Part shown: piece by piece, positions 34,370 to 47,747 of the stretch
Layout: each line of letters opens with the position of its first letter
How positions within the stretch are numbered: position 1 is the first letter of the stretch
Assembly (NCBI GenBank): GCA_017499595.2
Contig: CM038999.1
Span: forward strand, 2,232,001 to 2,296,000
From: Psilocybe cubensis
Lineage: Eukaryota
Length of the DNA stretch: 64,000 bases
Direction: 5' to 3'
Translations under genes and position numbers: made by a program
Notes under the pieces: generated by a model
Database searches by the model: none
Seen by the model: only the letters and a program-made list of their open reading frames with translations
What the model was told of the DNA's origin: nothing

Positions 34370-37300
34370 CTACTTCTACCTTCAGCGCAATTCCTACACA
34401 CCTAGAGCACAAAAAAACCTGTTCTGTGAGGAGAAACAAGCTATTTGAATAGAGTAAAACTAAAAAACATACCCAAAAGGTACAAACCCAATATCTAAAA
34501 CCATCAAAAACCCACACATATTAAAATTGTCAAATAAATGTCAATACCGGCAGAGCTTGTGCCAGGAAAATAACCATGGAAATCCCACCCACCCTGGCCC
34601 AGGAAAAACACAAACAGCCAAGAGGTTATCTAGGAGCAAAGATATAGTAGTAAATGAAGAGCTTTAGCAAATATAGGATGCAAAAAGAGGGAGATCAATA
34701 CTTAAGGAGCACTAGCTTTTGGTGCCAGCTAGCCAAGGGCTGACAGTGCACCGGGCCACCGCCTGCCTTGTTCAAATATCCTAGATGTCAATCAAAATGC
34801 ATCCAGTGGTCGTACAGACAATGCATGGACTTGCCTTTTTACTCAAGGAAATGGAACTCCCCTTAGCAATTCAGACCTACCACAATGGCTTTGGCAAAGA
34901 GCTAGCCTTGTTCACAAACAAGATCAAATCATTGGTTCAACACACACAGGAGAAAGTAGATCAAATGCTGGAGATAAACTTGGCAACAGCTGATCTTATC
35001 AAAACAGCATTGAACAAGTCCCAACAGCAGACAGCACCCCCCATAATGGCCTACAGTCAAGCCCTCATAAAGGGGCAATCAATGGTCAATTAAGTTCTAG
35101 TCTAGTCAAATATTGCGACTAATCCAAAAATGCTAGTCCACCATGGGATCAAAATAAGGCAAACCATGTTAGAAGAAATAGAAAAAGACTCAAAGGTGAA
35201 TATGATAGGAGACAAGAAAGTTAAAGACTTTGTCAATAGCATCCTGCAAAAACTCAAGCCAGAAGGCTTGGTCCACATATACTTGGCATTAAAACAAAGA
35301 AATGAAGGCTTGCTAATTGAATTTAATTTGGATTTTGGGGCGGCCTGGCTAAGAATGGACAAAAACCACAAAAACCTTTGCAAACAAATGGGGAACAACA
35401 TAACCATAAAAAAGCAAATGTAAAAACTCATAGCAATGGAAGCTCCACTTTTGGTAGAACTGGAAGATAGCAAATTTGTCAGGGAGGTCAAAGAGGCCAA
35501 CAGAGTCAAGGAGGGAACCATCATAACCATGCATTGGGCCAAGAAGATAATACAACGATTGAAAAATCAGCAAAGCACGCACATAATACTCACGGTAAGC
35601 AATGCCAGTAAAGCAAATTGACTGATTGCCATTGGCATGTTTATTACAAACAAAAAAGTTAGAGTGCAAAAGTGCAGAGCTAACCCAGTCAGGTGCATGA
35701 AGTGTTAGGAATATAATTACTACACCAAGGAATGCACCTCCAAACACAATGTTTGTGGACACTGCAGAGAAAAAGGTCATGATATTCAGAATTGTAAACA
35801 AATCTTGACCTACTATGTATTCTGCAACTTGGATGACCATCCTAGCTACTTGTCAGGACAACACTATAATTAGTGTGACAAGGCCACCAACAAAGATCAA
35901 GCAAGAGAGAGAAAGAGCAGAAAAAGAGTAAGAGAGCAGAGAAAAAATAAGAGAGTGAGATAGACTCAATGATTCTAAGAGATTACACCAATGATAGTGG
36001 ATATTCTAAGAGATTGAAGCTGAAGCTACAGCTACCTACAAGTCCAGTATTTATACTCTACAGCTATTCTAGAATATTCCCTACATTACATCATAAAGGA
36101 AGGTTAAAGAATAAAAGTGACATCATATAGAAAAAGGATAAGTAAGACTAGGAATCATATAGAATTTACTAGAAAGAAGTGGAGCAAGAAGGCTGTGATG
36201 AAAGAAATAAACTATCTAATCAGATAGTTGATAAGATAATGAAAGGATAAGATAATTCTGTGAAGATAAAGAGGAAAAACTGGAAAAATCCTGACATTAT
36301 TCAAAAATCTGCCCAACCTTCATCAAAAAGGCACACAAAAAGAATAAATGCACTCCAGAGAACACATTACCATTCATTCTAATAGACAAACCATGGTCGT
36401 AGAACATAAATATAAACAAGGTGCTGCCAACAATCTAAAGAACCAATTTTGCAAAAGGCCAGTCTCCACAATGGATGGTGGAACCTCTAACCAGGAAATG
36501 CCAAAACCTCTCAAAAACGCTAGAACAAAGTCTAGAACCGGAATTGTTAACGATAACAAAACCAAAGGCAGCGCAAAACAAAGAGTCATTCCCTGTTCAG
36601 AAAGGAACAGATCTATAAAAAATGAGTGCAAAACACACATCCAAGCAGCATATAATCCAAATCAGAATTCTGCAGATCAACCTGAACAAATTGGAGGTTG
36701 CACATCTGGAACTAGTCAACAGTAGTTTAAGTAGCAAATCCAACGTTACTTATTCAAGAATCCCATATTATGCATTTTAGCAACATTAAAACCAATACAA
36801 GCTTTTGCCCCATGTACCCAGTTAGCAGATCAAATGACACACTTATTTGCTCCGGAATATGAGTAAACAAAGGCCTGAACACAAGCATATAAAGCAAGAT
36901 CACATTACCGGACACAAATGACCTTATGGCAATAAAGATTTATTGCAATAAAGGCACTATATATATCTTTAATGTGTATCACCTGGATTGCACTGGCCAA
37001 ACACTGCAAAAGCTCAAGAAATACATTGACAAATACCAGCACGACCTTCACAAAACCAACACAATACAAGTCTGGGCAGGCAACTTCAACCACCACTACC
37101 CAATGTGGGACAGAGACAAAGACAAGCAACTGTTCATGCCATATGCAATTGCAAAAGTGGAGAAGCTGATTGTCTTTATCAAAGAACACAACATGGCCAT
37201 GGCCCTGCCCAAAGGTATACCCATGCTTGAGCACATGATAACTAAAAAGTTGTCTAGGCTAGACAATGTCTTTGTTTCTGAGACTATTCTTAACTCAATC

Positions 37301-37905
37301 ATTAAATGCATGGTCAACTACAATACTCATCCAGCAAATACCAATCACTACCCTGTCTCGACAACAATTGACATAAAATGCAAGATTGCAAAGCTAACAC
37401 TCAAGAGAAACTTTCAAACTACAAACTGGCCATGCTTTAGCAAAACTCTCGAAAAGTCATTTGAAAAACACAAAGACCAACTGACACTCAACTTGGCAGA
37501 AGACATAGACAAAGTGGTACATATGCTGACCACTACTTTACAGACCACTATCAAGGAAGAGGTTACATTAAGGAAACCCCTTCTAGAGGCCAAAAAATGA
37601 TGGATGAGCAAAGTAGAAGAGGTGAAAAGATACAAAAATTGTCTAAGCAAACTTCATTACAGATATTAAGCCCAACAACACCACCCATGCTATGAGGACT
37701 TCAAGGCGGCAAAAAAGGCATTTGCTTGCATTGTAATCAATGCAAAAAAAACCACTGGAACAACTGGCTGTTTGATGTTGAAGGTGCAGACATCTGGACT
37801 GCAAACCAATACTTTAAGAACTCAATTGGAGACAGCAGAAGACCAAGAATCCCAATTCTGACAATAACAAACAAATATGACAAGCAGAAAGAGGTGGCAT
37901 CTAAT
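34370..37905 (+). mobile_element. Decayed Tad1-like LINE copy 2 (5' UTR, ORF1, APE endonuclease, linker; 3' truncated)
   Basis: Colinear with 28490-30630 (MELPLA.QTYHNGFG in both); APE motifs GNFNHHYPMWD, LDNVF and TNHYP in 36926..37600. Confidence 0.85.
35851..36296. mobile_element. Solo LTR (446 bp) of an unrelated family, inserted in LINE ORF1
   Basis: TGTCAGGA...TCCTGACA termini; flanks CTACT/TTATT (TSD decayed by C>T). Removal restores PSYSKICPTF, matching PSYNRNCPTF of copy 1. Confidence 0.85.
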
Positions 37906-39190
37906 GTAGATAATGGAAGTACCCACTCGCGGATATGCCTTCTCATAGGCAGGAGACATTGTCACATGTACTAATTATATTATATTCCTACTCCTCACCT
38001 TACACTACGACACCACCTCCTCATCTCACCCGAGTTACTTTTAGACATTTTCTGCATACCCATATGTAATACATAATTTCTTCTTGAAATGCCTCCTGCC
38101 TATAAAAAATCAATTCTGTCAATGAGCAAACCCAAACTTGTGGCACTATGCACCCACTTCAACCAGGTTAACCAAGGCACCATCATAGTTCTACATGATT
38201 GCCTCCAAAGATTTTTGAACGACCACAGAGACGAATACACCCAAGATCCGAATTACAGACTTCTGTACCCAGGACGCCGTCGTACAAGACAAGCACATTG
38301 CAATGAATCAGTAAGCAATGAAGAAAAAGAAGACAATGGGTCACAAAATAACCATCTATCTGAACCCAACGTCAACAATGAACTTTGCTCCAATAGGTCA
38401 GAGTCAAGCTTCCCGTCTTTCCACAGTTGCAAAAACAAATCCAATTCCGGAAGTAAGAAAACATGCAATACTAGCCAAACACCATTCATACAATGCATCT
38501 TTTCCACAACACCAACACTACGCTTGGCATCCAGAGAGCAAAATGTATCTATCAGTAGTGAGTCTTATAATTCTACCCATCCTCTTCCCATACTCCACTT
38601 TCTTCAAAAATTGCCCACATCTACCACAAAACAATTGTATAATTCAGGCAGACATACCCCTATCCCATGTTATCACCTTATCTATGACTTTACTGCAACC
38701 TTCTTTTTTGAAACCCGCATCATAAAACTTCTTGCCACAATCTTCATCCAACCTTTCTATTTCTATAATACAAAACTAATCTGGTCAATGGTGCACTTAT
38801 CTTCACCGACCATAAACAATTTACAATATTCTTATAAAAGTGACACCTTAATAGTCATTTTACTATTATCAACTAAAATTTCTGTCGACGGTGCCCCTTC
38901 ATCACCCAACAAATATTACATTTAAAAAATTTTAAATTGTGAATCCACGTACATTCTTCAAACCTATTTAAAAAATTATAACCAAATGCCGCTAGTATTA
39001 AAAACCAATTGCTTATCCTGCATACTCTATTCAAACCTCAATGAAACAATTCGCGATGCCGCACCCACTACAAATACATCACCTCAAAAGAGACCATTCT
39101 GAGTACAAGGAATGTTAGTACAAAGTGCTACTTACATTATTCCAGAACAAATCCAACAAAAGTTTGCCGCCAACAGTGGTTGGACAGTCC

Positions 39191-42100
39191 TGTTAAAACT
39201 GCTCTCTATGTCTCCCTCACTTTGCTATCTTATCAGATTAGATTACTTTCTTCTTATTTTCATTTGCTCTCCAGACCATTCTAGACACATGATATTTATC
39301 AGTCCATAGACTGGTCTGGACCGGACCAGAGTAGACCTAGGTAGACCAGAGTACTTGAGTCTACATAGTATATAGTCACTCTAGTTTACATCCTGAAGTC
39401 CCCAGTTACTCACTTCGGACTTCAGGTTAGTTTGTTAGCACTTTGCTCAATTCACTCAGTTACTCACTTCGGACTTCAGACGCTTCGTGCTCGCTTATCC
39501 CTGCGCCCTACGTTCTATAACTAGGTCGCCGAGTAGCTCATACTGCCCCAAGCACGCCTGCTTCAACAGGTTATAGGCCCCGCGCTCTAAGTGCTCTAAT
39601 TCCGTGTTTTGCGAACCAAGTTGCTTTTTGCATAGTTTTCACAAAACAGTCATTTTAGTCTTTTTTGCTTTTATCCTCTACCAGGCCCGGCCATACATTG
39701 CCGCTGCTAGCAGGGTTGAACGAGCACACCTTACGCGACTTGTTAACCTCAGTTGAGCGGGCCCCTGCCGCCTAATCCCCAAGTTATTTCTAGTTAAAAG
39801 TAATCCTTTTAAATTAGGCTAGTTTAACTTTGTCTTTTCAACTTGCATTTGCATTGCACCCCGAGCTCCAGGTAACGCCTAGTTTGTTTCCACACATTAT
39901 TACACATCCCCACACATTACTACCAACACTCGTATCCATCCGCTTACGTGTTCCTTCGCAATTCGCAATAATGACTTCTGATCCCCAAATCACTCCATTA
40001 AACTCAACCAACTACAACACCTGGGCAGGCCAGATGACCGCCTATCTCCAGTCTAAAGGGATATGGCGCATTGTCAGCGGTGCTAGAGCACAGCCAATGC
40101 TCTCAGACAAGCCTACTGCTCAGGAGGAAGCTTTGCTTGAAACCTACTTTGAGCAGAGAGACAAAGCATGTGGTTTGATCTATCTCAGTTTGGAGAATGA
40201 TTAGAGGGTTCATGTGGAAGCCATCAAGAATAATCCTATCAAGATATAAGATGCCCTTGCTGCTGTACATCAGCAAAAGCGTCCTGGCAACCGCTTTAAT
40301 GTATATGATGATCTGTTTTCCATCCAAAAGGAGGAAGGTAAAAACCTTCAAACCCTAATCAATAGAGTTGAGCAAGCCATGTTGCTAATTCAGCAGCTTT
40401 GCCCTAAGGAGTTTGATCTGGCTAAGCTTGATAAAGAGCTTGCTTTGCTTGCTCTGGTCAAGGCACTCCCAGAAGAGTACAGTTCATTTGCATACTCACT
40501 TCTCCTTTTGGACAAGTTGGACAAGGCTACAATTCATCAAGCCTTTGTCACAGAGGACATACAGCGACGTCGCCGCGCTTTGGAGTTGCTTGTACTTGCC
40601 ACCACGTTCCAGGCCGCTCCAGCCCCTTCTGCATCCAAGTTTGTGATATGACCAACCATGCAATGGACAAGTTTCACAAGTTTATTGCTGTGCAAAAGGA
40701 TGCGAGGGAGTGTATCAAAGCGGCTTGCAAAGGCAACAGAGCGAACAAGGCCTCAGAGGCATCCAGTGAAAAAAAAGAGTCCAAGGACATGGAATTTGCT
40801 GGAAATGCAAGTGCTCTTAATACCAATGTTCCCTCTTTTATTTTACCCCAAACTAATGACAATTGGATTGCAGACACAGGGGCGACTTCTCATATAACGC
40901 TCCATTGTAATTGGGTTAGAAATTACACCCCCCTTTGCATTCTAATCCGATTAGCAGATGAACGAGTTATTTATTCTGCAGGGGTGGGCACTGTGTTCTT
41001 TGAACCAGTTGTAAATGGAATAAAGTCAAGAGGCGTCGAGTTAACTAGAGTTTTACATGTAGCAGATCTCCAAAACAATCTACTGTCTGTTCTATACCTC
41101 ACAAAGCACAAAGGCTTCAAAATCACTATTGATGCTAATCTGATGGAGTTTCATTACAAAGGAGCTTGTCTCTTCTCTGCAGATGTCAGTACTTGAACGG
41201 TTATACAGTTCCTATTTCAGAGTCTGCCTTAATTTTCTCCAATTCTACTCTATCCCTTGATATCAGTCTCTGGCATCGTCGCTTTGCTCATCATAGCTAC
41301 ACTGACCTCCAGAAGATGATTAGAGAGAGTATGGTTACTGGACTCAAGCTGAATTCACAGCAACAGCCTGACCCCATTTGTGAACCTTGCCTTGCAGGCA
41401 AGATGCATTCCAACCCATTTTCTTCTTCACCAAGCATGTCAAATGTTCCGCTTGCGCTTATCTTCTCAGATCTGAAAGGTCCTATCTCGCCCCCTACTCC
41501 TGAAGGCTATTGCTACTAGATAACCTTTATTGATGACCATACAAAAAGTAGAGCTGCTGTGCTTCTTAAGCGCAAAAGCGATGCATTCAGTGCGTTTCAA
41601 ACGTACAAAGCATGGGCTGAGAACAAATTAGGCTTTAAGATCAAAGTGCTGGAGGATGACAAAGCTGGTAAATACATGTCAAATGCTTTCATCAAATTCA
41701 CTGACCAGTGTGGCATTGAGCGTCGTCATACAACGCAAAATTGCCTACAACAGAACGGAGTTGCAGAGCGTGCAAATCGCACCATGGCAGAACATGTTAC
41801 TTCCATGCTCAATGAGGCTCGTGTTCCACCTTTGTTTTGGGGTCACTGTGTTGCAGCATACATGCATGTATGGAATTGTGTTCCTACAGCTCCTCTACCG
41901 GACAAGACTCCGTATGAAAGCTAGAACAAGCGCAAACCTGATGTTAGTCATTTGAGGGTTTGGGGTTGCCTTGCATATGTTTATGTTTAGGGAGATAAGC
42001 ACAAATTGTTGCAGCCTCATATGGAGAAGTGTATCTTTGTTGGGTATCCTACTGGGTACAAGGGCTGGGAGTTTTACAACTCAGTCACCAAAAGGTTCAT

Positions 42101-43958
42101 TATCTCTGAGAGAGCTGATTTTGACGAAAGGTACTTCTTAGGAGTGTCCACTGGCCCTATGCCAAAGTTTGATCTTCTTCCCACTTCTTCTGCAAGTGCA
42201 CCACCTCCCAATTCAGGGGGGACTCTAATGGCTTCAATTTTGATGATGATGAGGATGACTCTACTCCAAGTCCTATCATTTAGCCAGAAGTGCCTATTGC
42301 GCCTCCTGAACAGCCAGCTAAACCGCCACAGCCTAAGGCCGTTCCTGCACCTTCTCCTAAGCCTGCACGCTGCCAGCGTGCTCCAGTTGATCCTGCAACG
42401 TTGAGACACACTACTCGCATTCCTAAGCAGCCTGGTGAATGGTGGAAGGTCTCACATGATCCTGAACCACCTGAAGCTAATGATCCTGGATTTGAAGAGG
42501 TGGAGTTTGCTGGGCTTGTTTCAAGCGCAGATCCGCGCACATTCAAACAAGCAATGAAAGCACCTGATGCGCACATGTGGGAAGAGGCTGCTAATACAGA
42601 ATTCAATTTCTTGCAGCACAATCAAGCTTGGAAGCGAGTTGAGCTCCCTCCAGGTCAAAAGGCAATTGGCTGTGGTTGGGTCTTTAAAATCAAGCAAAAT
42701 GCAGATGGCAGTATAGAGTGCTACAAGGCTCGTATTGTTGCCAAGGGCTACAGTCAGCGCCCTAGCATTGATTACCATGAGGTCTTTGCTCCTACTGTCC
42801 AAGGCAGATGGACCTCAGAATGGAGATGAGGTGGAATTTATGCGAAATGTTCTCTACCTCAATGCAGTTGGCTCCTTGCAGTATCTAGCCACCATGACCC
42901 GTCCTGACATTGCTTTTACTGTGTCCTATCTCGCACGCTTCAACTCCAATCCTGGGCCTAAGCATTGGGCTGCGGTTAAACATTTATTCCGCTACCTCAG
43001 AGGCACTCTGGATTACAAGTTGACTTATTCTGGCGCTGTGGGCCATGATAACTTTGTCACCTACACTGATGCTGCACATGGTAATTGTGTAGATACTGGA
43101 CGCTCTACAAGTGGTTATTTGACCGTTCTAGCTGGAGGTGCTATTGGCTGGGCAAGCAAACTCCAAACTGTTGTAACTCTGTCTACTACTGAGGCAGAGT
43201 ATATTGCTGCGGTGGAGGCAGCCAAGGAGATTGTGTGGATGCCCAATATCCTTGAGAAGTTTGGCTACACAGTTACTGAGCCCTCTGTGCTGCATATGGA
43301 CAACCAGTCATCTATCAGTGTTTCCAAGAATCCAGAGCACCATGGACGGATGAAGCACCTTGATTTGCGCTATTATTGGCTTAGGAATGCTGTTGGTGTT
43401 GGAAAGATTTCTCCTTCTTATATTCCTACTGATTAGCAAGCTGCTGATATTCTTACCAAACCCCTCTCACCTCCTAAAGTGGACTTTTGTAGAGATAAAA
43501 TGGGTCTCAAACTTTAATATTTCTTTCTCTGTTTTGCTTTATTTTTCTTTGTTCTGGAGACTTGTCAGAACAGGGGGGAGTGTTAAAACTGCTCTCTATG
43601 TCTCCCTCACTTTGCTATCTTATCAGATTAGATTACTTTCTTTTTATCTTCATTTGCTCTCCAGACTATTCTAGACACATGATATTTATCAGTCCATAGA
43701 CTGGTCTAGACCGGACTAGAGTAGACCTAGGTAGACCAGAGTACTTGAGTCTACATAGTATATAGTCACTCTAGTTTACATCCTGAAGTCCCTAGTTACT
43801 CACTTCAGACTTCAGGTTAGTTTGTTAGCACTTTGCTCAATTCACTCAGTTACTCACTTCGGACTTCAGACGCTTTGTGCTCGCTTATCCCTGCGCCCTA
43901 CATTCTATAACTAGGTTGCCAAATAGCTCACACTGCCCCGAGCTTGCCTGCTTCAACA
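39191..43958 (+). mobile_element. Two-LTR degenerate copia copy (LTRs 39191-39568 and 43581-43958; TSD AGTCC)
   Basis: AGTCC at 39186-39190 and 43959-43963. Retains integrase HHCC (WHRRFAH...CEPC) and SDLKGP. A 572-bp RT deletion at 42796/7 removes YIDD; many stops. Confidence 0.96.
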
Positions 43959-45398
43959 AGTCCATATTCCACTCACATTTCTTACGGACAAGTTCTGTGC
44001 CTGCAGAAATGGAATATCCATGGACGCATTCAACGATCCACTTACAGTAAATACAACTACCGGTCAATTAATCACATCATCCAAAACATTGTCTACAGTA
44101 GGAGAAACTGAACTCACCTTTGACAAATGGCACCAAGCCTGGAGACAACTATTACAACTCATTTAACAGTACATGCCAGATGAATACAATGATTGGAATC
44201 AGCACTTTACCCAAATCCAAGACGCAGGAAGTTGTTCCAAGCACTAGCCTCTTTGGATTGCATACAACGCAGAAGTGCATCAACAATCAGTAGTTTCAGG
44301 TATTGATCCCAAAGAACATCACATTGGTTTATGGAATGACTTAGAAGTGCGATACAACAAAAACCAAATTATAGAGGCAATAAATCACAAACAAAATCCT
44401 TGCACCTCACATTCCAACTACAATCAATAGTTGTCATTGCGCTACTACCCTTATCAAAACCAAAACCCAAATACACCTAACACTTATAGATCCAGCGGAC
44501 CCTCTTGATCCTTTCCGAGATGCATCTTCTGTGGATCCAATGATCATTCCTCAAAGAGATGCACCGCCTTCAGACTCATCAATGAAAATCCCTGCCACAT
44601 CCAGAAAAACAGTCAGGCCAACGGAGACAACACATGAAGAGATAAAAACGGCAAAACATATTGCTTTAGCTGGAACGGAACTTGCGGCTGCACAAATAGT
44701 AACACACAAAGCTGCCACTTTGGCCAATATCTCTGCTTATTATGCAGCTCCTCTTCCCACAATGCACAATCATATCAACTCTGATTTTTTACTAATAAAA
44801 ACACCATTTAATCCCAACGCCTGGAAATCAACCCTTTGTCATCATGGTATTCTAGAAATCTTTAATGATGTTCCATTCAATATTAAACACGGATTCAACA
44901 TGGGAATTAAAACTACATCTTTTGAAACTTATACACCACCTAATCATACATCAGCTCTCAAACAACCACACGCAGTACTGTCACATATACAAAAAGAGCT
45001 ACTATATGGTTGCTATACCGGCCCATTTTCACGTTTAAGATTAGAGCTTCTAATAGGCCCGTTCAGAACATCACCACTTGGCATTGTTCCAAAAGCTGGC
45101 TCAACCAAGAATGAATTCAGACTTGTTCAAGATTTTTTATTTCCTAGAAACAATGTACACCACAGCTCCGTCAACTCCGAAATAAATATAGATGAGTTTA
45201 GATGTGATTGGGGAACATTCGACCAAATTGTTGAGCTTGTCCGAGATGCACCTCCTTTTGCAGAAGCGGCAACTCTAGACATAGATTCCACCTTCTGATG
45301 CATTCCAATCCAACCATCTCAACAATCAAGCTTTATTGTTGGCTAGAACAATCTATATTATATAGATCACGCCGCACCCTTTGGCGCATCAAGCTCAG

Positions 45399-45779
45399 CA
45401 CTTCATTGGACTGAAAAAAGTAACCTGAAGGCCCCCAAAAATGAATATTCATGGTAGCCTTCAGGCATGTTAAAAACTATATTTCCATAATGTTTTATCA
45501 AAAAAAAAAACTTAAAAATTATTTTGCATTTCTGATCTTTCTGTGTGACAAAAGTTTTTTACTGTCACACAAGAAAAACAATCTGTTGCTAGGGAGAAAA
45601 TTTTATGCAAACAATAAAACTTTTATATTAGATAGAGGTGTCTGGGGGCTTTTCTCTTGGTTAGGGTTAGGGTTATAAAATTGTCCACAAGAAAATTTGC
45701 AGTTTAAAGCCCAAGACAATGTATATTAATGCTTTGTAGCCTTGGCCATATTATTACAAACTATATATTAATGCATATG
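45399..45779 (+). repeat. Left TIR (381 bp)
   Basis: Reverse complement of 61825-62205 with one visible mismatch (near 45766); mirrored identical 75-aa ORFs lie 52 bp from each end. Confidence 0.96.
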
Positions 45780-47021
45780 ATTCTATATACTCATGTATTA
45801 TATTCTAGCAAGATATATATTTATCAATAGTAAAACTATAGTATTGCATTCCTGCAAGATACACCACTTGGAAACTATGTAGATTGGACACTAATTTGGA
45901 AGCATAATATGCACTAATTTATATTGCCCCACCAGCCATGTAAACAGCCATGTAAAACTATAACAGATGATATCAGGTTTAGACTAGTTTTAAAGTTTAT
46001 ATATCAGATAATATTACTATTTGGGTCTTGCATAGCCTGGTATAATGTTGTAAGATAATTAATTGTCTGACTATCAAGTTACAATGTCATATACTATAGG
46101 TAATCAGTTGTTCGGATTGGACATACATTCAAATTGATGGCCACTTACCATTGGTCAACGGCAAAATTATAACCTCCAAGTTGCGCCAACTATTAATAGC
46201 TCATAGAAATGCCATGCCACTTGTTAATTCAGATTGATGGCAATTATGGGAGGCAAAAAAAAGTTGGTTTGGACATTCATTTGTACTACCCATTTCCTAT
46301 TTGTTTTCTTTGAATTTTTTTCTATTTTCATGCAGATAGTATACATTAGAATATATGTACCAATTTTTATGAGAAATGGAGCACAGGATCTCAAAATTCA
46401 AATCAGTATCCAATCTGAACAACTGATCATCCATAGTATTCCAGTCATTGTCTAATATTATAACTAGAAAGAAGAATGTAGAATGTTTAAGTAAAAATTT
46501 GAAGTTGTAATTTTTGCTATTGACTAATGGTAATTGACTATTAATTTCAATAAATGTTCAATCCAAACAACTAATTACCCATAGTATATTGGCAATTTGT
46601 GATTTTTGCAATACAAACAAGTAATTATGCACTTCATAAAAACTTTATTTGTGCTTTATATAACTTTTATAAATTACATATAATACTTTTTGGTATATAT
46701 AAATTGTTTTGCAAATCATTTCAAAGATATAATACAGTTTTTTATATTGCATAATATTTTACAGCCTATTTATAATATATTTAAAGCCTGCAATTATATT
46801 TTAATACAATGTAGAATACTTTTCAGGCCAGAAAAATTAAATAATCTTTTATATATTTTACCACACACTTTTTGGTAGCTACAAATTATTTTGTAAACTT
46901 ATTCCAAATAATATAAAATAGTTCTTTACATTGCATAACATTTTAAAGCCAAATTACAATATATTTAGGGCGCTCAAAATTGTTTACTAAGAGATAAAAT
47001 TGATTTTATAGTTTCTGTAAT

Positions 47022-47247
47022 CTTTTACAAGTTAGATTAAGTGTTTAGAAAGTGCTATAAATTTATTTCATGAGATATAAAATAGTTTTGTCTGTCTACA
47101 AAATCTTTATGGCATATGTACAAAATATTTCTCCTTTTACAAGTTAGATTAAGTGTTTAGAAAGTGCTATAAATTTATTTCCTGAGATATAAAATAGTTT
47201 TGTCTGTCTACAAAATCTTTATGGCATACTTACAAAAAATATTTCTC
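47022..47247. repeat. Tandem duplication, about 112 bp x2, in the AT-rich left arm
   Basis: CTTTTACAAGTTAGATTAAGTG at 47022 and 47134. Confidence 0.85.
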
Positions 47248-47747
47248 ATTACAAAAAATATTTCTCTGGTAAGAAAATTATTGCATAAAGTTATACATGG
47301 CCCCATTTCATGTTGTATTCTATACAAGAATTAAACCAGACTTCATAATTTTGAGTATTCACACTTTATTACTGGCTTGGCCAGTGTTCTAGAACATGGA
47401 AGAGTGGAAAGTCAAAGACTTTGATATTGACCATGCCATGAGCACAGTCCGCCCCCAGCGGCGCTTCCCCAGTACAAAACAAATACAATATATTAGACGG
47501 TAGATCACCAAAACATAGCATAGACATGAATAAAGGAGGCAGCTAGAAAGATTAAAAGGAGATCAGAAAAGTATATACCCTATTAAAGATGAATGTAGAA
47601 AAGTAGAAAAACTATGTGCAGTATAAAGATTAAAAAAAAACATATTCGGCAAAGCAAAGTATATACAAATGCGGGCAGAAAAGAAAACAAAAACAGAATA
47701 CCTCTTCTCTAAGTAGACAACCCCACGCCAATTGCTACAAATTACAT

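Noticed and set aside
45451-45678. Identical 75-aa ORFs at 45451 (+) and 61926 (-)
   Set aside because: By-products of the TIRs; AT-rich with no protein-like features.
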